DNA from: Macrostomum lignano
Lineage: Eukaryota
Reading direction: 5' to 3'
Assembly (NCBI GenBank): GCA_002269645.1
Contig: NIVC01002128.1
Span: forward strand, 124,001-188,000
Length of the DNA stretch: 64,000 nt
This document shows, piece by piece, positions 57,719 to 64,000 of this stretch. Each line of letters begins with the position of its first letter. Within the stretch, counting starts at the first letter, position 1. The notes under the pieces are model-generated. The model saw nothing but the letters and a program-made list of their open reading frames with translations. It was not told the origin of the DNA and ran no database searches. The position numbers and the translations under genes were made by a program.

Positions 57719-59885
57719 AGAGAAATTAGAAGAGATAGAAAGAAAAGACAAAAGAAGAGAAAGGAGAGATAAGAGACCAAAGACAAGAGAGAAGGGAGGA
57801 GAAAGTTGAGAGAAGAGAGAAGAGAGGAAAAAAAGAGAGAGGAGAGATAAAGGAAGTGTGGAGTGTGGAGAGGGAAAAACGAGAGAAGAGGGAAGAGAGG
57901 AGAGAAGAAAAAGATAGGAAACAAAAAAGAAGATAAAAGCTTCAAAGGATCCAAAGGACATAGAGAGAGGTAGAGGTAGAGGGCAGAGGCCAGAGTTTGC
58001 CTGACATTCTGCGCAACACCCCAGCCAACAATATCAATCCTTGCTTCAAATCCTAATTTTACACAAGTGTACTCTATTTTACGTTTAACTCTATCCTAAC
58101 TATTAACAAGTTTTTGTTTGAGTTTGACCTCAGATTTTAGAATACATGCAAAAATAATTCTGGGGAATAGAGTTCTCCAGGTTCAAAATCCACAGGTTTC
58201 AACAGCTTGTAATATTTATATGATTATGCATATGACATATGAAGGATATTAAAAAAATAATAAGAATTTCCAACCTAGGCTTGGCCTAGGTTTTTTTCGT
58301 CCAAAATCCAGTTGCCAAATGGCAACTGGAGCTCAAAATATAGTTGCCAATTGCCATCCTTAGTTGCCAATTGGCAACTGACCTATTTTAGTGTCCCATT
58401 TTATAAAGTTGTTTTTCCAACAATTTTCACACATTGACAAAAAAATAATATGCTCAAATCAGCTTAGGCTTCAGGTTTTCAGCCAAGCTAATCTTAGCAG
58501 TAATAAAATGTTACAGACTGTTTTATCATTGGCAACTGCCTTGGTTCAAGTTGGTTGCCAGATTGGCCTCTAATGCCACAAATCCAGTTGCCAGTGGCTT
58601 TTTTGGGTAGCCAGTGGCTACCATATGGCCTAAAAAACCCAGGGCTTGGCCTAGCTTATACTATAGCTATACTCAAATCTATTACATGGTGCAACCAAAA
58701 AAGTGACCCTTTAATTTTATACTATAAGGCATTGAATTCAAGTTTATACTAGAAAAATAGATTTACTTGTGATATATATGTTGATCATTATCAAAAAGGT
58801 ATTGCAACAATAAAGGAAATTTTGGTATTATAATATTTCTGTCTTTTGTATTCTAACAGTTATGCCATAGGCTATAAGGCACAATTTTCTTGTAGATTAT
58901 TCTATATGCTAGATATTTACACCAACTATTTTTTATGTCCATTGTAGGTCTATAGTAGACTTTTTTGATATATATATAAGACTGATAATAGTCCATTTTA
59001 GTGACAAGTCATTTTGTTTTGGCAACAACCTTTTTGGCAACAAGTCATTATGGCCACAAACAGATGAAATTGTTGATATATTCCATTATAAACAAATTGT
59101 AATGATCTCTGCCTCTTACTCTATGTCTTATTGAAAGTCCTATTATATAATAAATGTAAAAGTTATTGTGAAGTAGAAAAAATGAAAAAAAGTTAATTTT
59201 TAAGTGTAAATTTCAAGCTTTTTAGTTTTTTCAAGCTTGTAAAAACATTTAAACAAATCTTTAAATATATATTGATTTTCTTCTATAAAAAGTATTGCCA
59301 AAAAAGCATAAAAATCAACCAAATATCTGCTAATAAGGGTCTATTACACAATTTAAAAAAGGTCAGTTATTGTCACAATGTAAAAAGTCATTTATTATCG
59401 CAACACGGTCTATGTATTTTTGAGAATGGGATGCACTAATTTTTTTTGGTGTGCATTTGTTATTATTCAATTTTTGTTTGGGCATGCACCCAGCATGATT
59501 CAGACTATGGAATGACTTGTCACTAAAATGGTTGTCACCTAAATGGTTTGTTGCCAAAATCAACCAGATTAAAAAAACTTGGGAATGAGGGCTTATAGTT
59601 GGATTATAGAATAATATAGATGGTGCTAATGTGAAATTTAAGTGGCTTTATCTATCTATATCTATCTATCTATCTATCTATCTATAATACTTTTTTTTAA
59701 TTCAAAAGTTGAAGTCATATTTAATCATATTCACAATGTCAATGAAGAATGTTTAAATTTTTAAAATAATTTTTACAATTTTTATTTGCAAAATATATCT
59801 TACCATCAGATAACTCAAGCTCTAATTCGGCAAGCTTAGCTCGAACATCCAAAGGCAGCCGTGATGTATCTATTTCTGCAGACAT
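39957..59885 (-). CDS. DIP2: Disco-interacting protein 2 homolog, 1808 aa
   Basis: Coding exons (minus strand): 59885-59804, 54957-54529, 52365-50948, 50163-49156, 46202-45939, 44514-43255, 42624-42394, 41677-41196, 40209-39957. All introns are GT-AG and the total is 5427 nt. N-terminal DMAP1-binding domain [19 protein letters not shown]|[15 protein letters not shown], two AMP-binding (FACL-like) domains, C-terminus ...[31 protein letters not shown]. Confidence 0.96.
40395..41130 (+). repeat. About 30-36-bp minisatellite in DIP2 intron 8 (ctatactcaggccttcaggtggacactgctacccc)
   Basis: About 20 units with variable poly-C length. Confidence 0.93.
41722..42175 (+). repeat. 22-bp minisatellite in DIP2 intron 7 (tctcaccctttatctccctctg)
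   Basis: About 20 units. Confidence 0.95.
42665..43175 (+). repeat. About 23-25-bp minisatellite in DIP2 intron 6 (gggataattggggaatacagacaatg)
   Basis: Alternating units with a higher-order period of about 47 bp. Confidence 0.9.
44790..45890 (+). repeat. About 25-bp minisatellite in DIP2 intron 5 (aggagaattctaggggaatatctca)
   Basis: About 40 variable units. Confidence 0.93.
46680..47987 (+). mobile_element. Non-autonomous P-element-superfamily transposon (internal deletion derivative) in DIP2 intron 4
   Basis: Perfect 23-bp TIRs cacagaccatatagaatatagac / gtctatattctatatggtctgtg; 8-bp TSD aggggaag (46672-46679, 47988-47995); transposase remnants inside. Confidence 0.9.
46990..47723 (+). pseudogene. 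Decayed P-element/THAP9-type transposase: N-terminal region fused directly to the C-terminal tail
   Basis: Translates (with a stop and frameshifts) to ..[27 protein letters not shown].. [52 protein letters not shown], then ..[47 protein letters not shown]. No catalytic core or THAP domain is visible. Confidence 0.8.
48985..49145 (+). repeat. (CAGA)n / (CA)-mixed microsatellite abutting a DIP2 donor site
   Basis: cagacagacaga... ending about 10 nt from the exon boundary at 49156. Confidence 0.95.
50170..50918 (+). repeat. 23-bp minisatellite filling DIP2 intron 3 (ttgattggatgggatttcaaatc)
   Basis: About 32 units occupying nearly the whole 784-nt intron. Confidence 0.96.
52625..53960 (+). mobile_element. 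hAT-like MITE, CT-core family, with an expanded about 14-bp CT-rich core
   Basis: Left end gacggcaaacctctctctatccggccctcagg and right end ggcccttgaagtaaaaaagtttgcccaccactg are similar to 60711-61508; the interior is (ccctattcccctct)n. Confidence 0.75.
55010..55255 (+). repeat. About 21-bp degenerate minisatellite (tgacatgacccacagctagac)
   Basis: Repeated tgacatgacc/ctagac units at the 3' end of DIP2 intron 1. Confidence 0.75.
56947..58011 (-). mobile_element. hAT-like MITE, CT-core family (old copy, GA-rich on the + strand)
   Basis: Ends cagggattggcagattttt..ggccagataaag..cagctcatggctgtggg and ggccagagtttgcctgacattctg; no TSD recognised. Confidence 0.65.
58286..58642. mobile_element. hAT-like MITE with gttgcca/tggcaac subterminal motifs
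   Basis: Imperfect TIRs ctaggttttttt / aaaaaacccag; exact 8-bp TSD ggcttggc (58278-58285, 58643-58650). Confidence 0.75.
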
Positions 59886-60710
59886 ATTTAGGCTTTTTTG
59901 TTTCATAAAAAAGCAACTAAATCAGGTTTCACTTTAGTTTAAATATTTTTGCGAGTAGACTGATAATTGTATAAAACTGACAGATAAAATAAAATTTTAC
60001 CAGCTTTTGCTTCTTACTTCTTGGTAAAATAGGCCTAGTAATTTAAAGCTAGTACAGCAACTGTTTTCTGGGCATTTTTGGCTTGCTACAGGCTACAGCT
60101 TGCACTGCACTGGCTCGAACACAAAAAATGAATAAATAATATTAGTTACCTAAAGGGCCTAACTTTAAACAATAATTACCAACAAAGCGGACTAGCTCTA
60201 AGCAATTTAACGCAATCTATACTACCAACGAACAATAATGCGACGATTTTCTAAACAGTTCTATTCGAATCTATTGGATTTGTTAGAATTCATAGAAAAT
60301 TATACTTTCTTATACAGTTTGAAAATGACTCATAATTATCCTATTTTGAAAATTAAATTGTAGCAAATATTAGCTAAAAAGTTAAAAATAATAGGCAAAG
60401 ATTGCCATTATAGAAAATTAAATTCGACTCAATTTCAGTTTGACGTAATGGCTTGTTTAAACGCACAAAGCCATCTGGACCACGAATATGCTAGTTTCAT
60501 AGGCAACCGTTGCAGTGATAATTAGCAACTGACGCCATGAGGCAGATGACACTTGCTCTTATACCTTTATTTGCCAAATGAAATCAAGTTTTAGATGGGT
60601 TGTCCTCTCGCAAAAAATTAGGGGCATGCCAATGCTTTATTAATATTGCCTCAATCGCGAGAATTATTTGAGAAAAATAAAAACCGCTATTTCACATGCA
60701 CTGTATAAGC

Positions 60711-61508
60711 CAGGGGTCGGCAAACTCCGGCCCGCGGGCCACATGCGACCCGAAAAGCCTCTCTATCCGGCGCTCGGATCCTTCGAAACTTCACAAGCAA
60801 TTCGGCCCGCTCAGGGTTCGTGTTTTTTTTCTCAGCTCCCTTCATCCCCTCTTCTCACCTCTCTCTCCTCTCCTCTCTCCTTTCCTCTCCTCTCCTCTCC
60901 TCTCTCTCTCCTCTCCCCTCCTCTCTTCAGCGCTTCTCTTTTTTCGCCTCGCCTCTCGCCCTGATCGTTTCCCTAGAAGACATTGACTTGTTGATTCTTA
61001 ACAGATCTTATCCAACTTCTTGGGTTGCTGCGCAAGTACTTGCAAGATCGTGCAAGATCTTCGCTATGATAATACTTAGGTAAACATACCAGATCTTGGC
61101 GACTTGCTACATCGTACAAGATCTTAGGTTTTATGTCTTTTTATAACTTCGAATCGCATATTTTCTTAAATTTATTCCCCATAATTAATATAAAATATAA
61201 AATATTGACAATTAAAATAAACATATAAAATAAATATGGTTCAGGTCGAACACTTTAGCCAAATAATTAACAAAACAAATGTACCTCCCATCTTAGAAGA
61301 TCCTGCAAGAACCGGTCAGATTGAGAAGATCTGCTAAGAATGGCACAGAGACAAGATCTGCTAAAGTTTGAGAAGCAGAATGTCCTCTAGGGGTGTCACT
61401 CCTCTTATCTCTCTCCTCTATTCTCTCTATTTTCTCCCATCCTCTCGCCCGCAGTCATGCGCTAAGTTCTTTGTCTGGCCCTTAATATAAAAAGTTTGCC
61501 AACCCCTG
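60711..61508 (+). mobile_element. hAT-like MITE, CT-core family (best-preserved copy)
   Basis: TIRs caggggtcggcaaact / agtttgccaacccctg; flanks gtataagc / ttataaac (6/8 identical, a degenerate 8-bp TSD). Confidence 0.85.
60971..61392. mobile_element. Small inverted-repeat element nested inside the 60711-61508 MITE
   Basis: Ends ccctagaagacatt / aatgtcctctaggg with multiple caagatct/agatcttg subterminal motifs; interrupts the CT tract. No TSD found. Confidence 0.6.
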
Positions 61509-62202
61509 TTATAAACTAGCATCCTCACATGCACTTGTACATGAAAATTACTAATTAAATAAAAGATTGAGCAACATCCGGTGGGCAAGTTTCGGGGAAG
61601 TCAGAAAAAAGTTCCTCATCGATTCTTGTACATCTTTTCAGAGAGAAAATCTTTCAGAAATGGACTTTAGGCGTTGCGAAATTTGAACGTGCATGAATTT
61701 CAGCATCAGCCTTGGCAGCCCACCAGACTCCCCCTGTTTTATGACGCTGCTATAATTGCCATGTCTCAGTGACCCAATTAACCGAGCTTCATGATTGATG
61801 TTTCGACCTTTTCGTTTATCAACGATTCGATCTATTCGGTTTATAAAAATATGCAAGCAATGGATTATTTTTGAGACCATATTAACACTAGCTGCTTAAG
61901 ACTTTGGCTGCTGTCCTTTGCCGTAGCATTCAGCGCTGGTGCTGGTCGCGCTCGATCCCCTCTCTTGCTAAGTTCAAATCCCTCCCAGCTTGAATTTGCA
62001 TGCAACGTTTGAATTCAATATCAATCCCAGATTAAGGTCATAATTGTTGGCAAGGTCAGTGTGTATTGTGTGAATGTATACTACTGTTCATTTTAACAGA
62101 TCGTTCTATAAGTGAATAAGCGAAAAATACAGGTAGGTAGCTTGTAACTGAACTCAAATCTGCATAGTTTTGTTTTAATGAATGACCGTACTTGCAGATT
62201 TC

Positions 62203-62881
62203 CAGGGGCGTAGCCAGAGGGGGGGCAAGGGGGCCGTGGCCCCCCCCCCAATCACCAACTCTGGCCTTGGTGCCCCCCCCCCTAAAAGAAACTGGCGCCC
62301 CTATAAGAAACTGGTGCCTCCCACTAAAAGAAACTGGCGCCCACCTCCTAAAAGAAACTGGCGCCCCCCACTAAAAGAAACTGGCGCCCCCCCCCACTAA
62401 AAGAAACTGGCGCCCCCACTAAAAGAAACTGGCGCCCTCCTCCTATAAGAAACTGGCGCCCCCCCCCACTAAAAGAAACTGGCGCCCCCACTAAAAGAAA
62501 CTGGCGCCCTCCTCCTATAAGAAAATGGCGCCCCCCCCTAAAAGAAACTGCCCCCCCCCTAAAACTGGCGCCCCCCCTCCTAAAACTGGCGCCCCCTAAA
62601 AAAAACTGGCGCCCCCTAAAAAAACTGGCGCCATTCCCTCCTAAAAATTGCGCCCCTTAAAATAAACTGCCGCCCCCTAAAAGAAACTGGTGCCCCCCCC
62701 CCCCCTAAAAGAAACTGGCGCCCTCCCTAAAAGAAACTGGCGCTCCCCCTATAAGAAGCTGGCGCCCCCCTATAAGAAGCTGGCGCCCCCCCTATAAGAA
62801 GCTGGCGCCCCCTCCCTATAAGAAGCTGGCGCCCCCTAACTCACGGCCCCCCCCCAATCAAAATTCCTGGCTACGCCCCTG
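62203..62881. mobile_element. Young hAT-like MITE carrying an internal about 20-bp minisatellite
   Basis: Perfect 15-bp TIRs caggggcgtagccag / ctggctacgcccctg; exact 8-bp TSD cagatttc (62195-62202, 62882-62889); interior (taaaagaaactggcgccccc)n. Confidence 0.92.
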
Positions 62882-64000
62882 CAGATTTCCACCTATATTT
62901 TTCTTTAACTATTAATAATTACACCTTAGAAATTTTGCGCTTCCGCGCGTTCAAGCATTCGGTGGTTTGCTAAATCTATTACCAGTTTTCAACAAGGGCA
63001 GTGCAGGCGGGCGGGCCTATTCAGCCATGCAGTCACAGTGTAAATTGTGTTTAAACACTGTTGCGCGCGCAGTTTGTGGGTCGCGGACATTCTGGGACTG
63101 TCATACACTGTGTCACGGACAAATTACCGTCATCTTTTTACTTGTTGCTAGCTGTATAGGGATAGCTTTTACCGGTTAGGGTAGTTAAGGGAAGATCCAG
63201 ATGCGGACAAAGGCTCGCGAGATTTCAAATGGAAGCGATCCGTATACAGCTACAGCAAACCCTATACTGGCCGGCTTGGTTGCATGTTCATACGGTGGTC
63301 GAAACTGCTTCAAAATAGTGGCTGCTGATAATTTCTATCGGTGATTTATTGTCGCTGTCCAACGAGCAAGCGCAGATTAGTATAGCTAAGCCCTGTATTT
63401 ACTCACTTTAACTATCGAAACTTGACGAAAAGTGTTCCATCAGGGTTTCGGAACTATTTTCCCTAAGTTAGTCAATCATTTGTTTACTCAAAATAAGGCA
63501 ACTGCTATAGGTTATACCTGCCCAGCTAGACAATTGGTCAAATTTTGGATACAACCTATAAGGCCTTTGACGACGAGGATTGTCTCCAACAAGCTGAATA
63601 CAAGCAACAATAGTTTACTTACACAAACCTGTAATAAATTTACTCCCTTGACCAGTTGTATTTTTCTCGTTACAGTCGTCACCGATGGAAAGAATATTTA
63701 CGAGCTAAATTGCAGATAACTCTAGTCTAATCTTCTGGGCTTGATGAATGGCATCGTAAAACTACAGTTTAGAATGCTTTTATGGGGACTAAAATATCTC
63801 TGTGATCGAATAAGGTCAGGAATGACAAAGAGTAATACGCCTGTAGCTTTTCGAGGCCTTTGTTGACAATATTTTCCTGTAGTACGTGCTCTACAACATC
63901 GAGACTTACTGTAGATGATTCATGACTAACTATACTAGTAGTTCGGAGATTAGTTAGTGAGTCTCCATATCGGTACCCTCATGTAGTCAGCAGAGGGTGC

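Noticed and set aside
58998-59560. Inverted tttagtgacaagtcatt / aatgacttgtcactaaa segments
   Set aside because: Probably a decayed MITE, but boundaries and TSD could not be defined.
61638-63719. AT-rich ORFs at 61638-61880, 62967-63179 and 63432-63719
   Set aside because: No recognisable motifs and a codon pattern unlike the confirmed internal exons; likely chance ORFs.

Overview
This is eukaryotic, intron-containing genomic DNA from an invertebrate animal. GC-rich exons, short GT-AG introns and very dense minisatellites suggest a free-living flatworm such as Macrostomum, but that is inference only. Two large conserved genes were rebuilt exon by exon: a class II muscle myosin heavy chain (+, 12276-21654, 21 coding exons, 1954 aa, with CArG and MEF2 motifs near its 5' end) and DIP2 (-, 59885-39957, 9 coding exons, 1808 aa). 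There are also several small, lineage-specific-looking genes: a 2xEGF protein with a GPI-like tail lying between two long direct repeats, a 6-Cys secreted-peptide-like ORF, a small single-TM ORF, a ParB/Srx-like tail-anchored protein, and a kinase-less protein with two PAK-type PBD-like modules. Repeats and mobile DNA include tRNA-derived SINEs, several hAT-type MITEs, an internally deleted P-element with intact ends in a DIP2 intron, a nested ~1.1 kb foldback palindrome, and about 20 minisatellite arrays, many with related ~20-bp units. No rRNA, true tRNA gene or CRISPR array was found. All coordinates were read by eye, and repeat boundaries are approximate.
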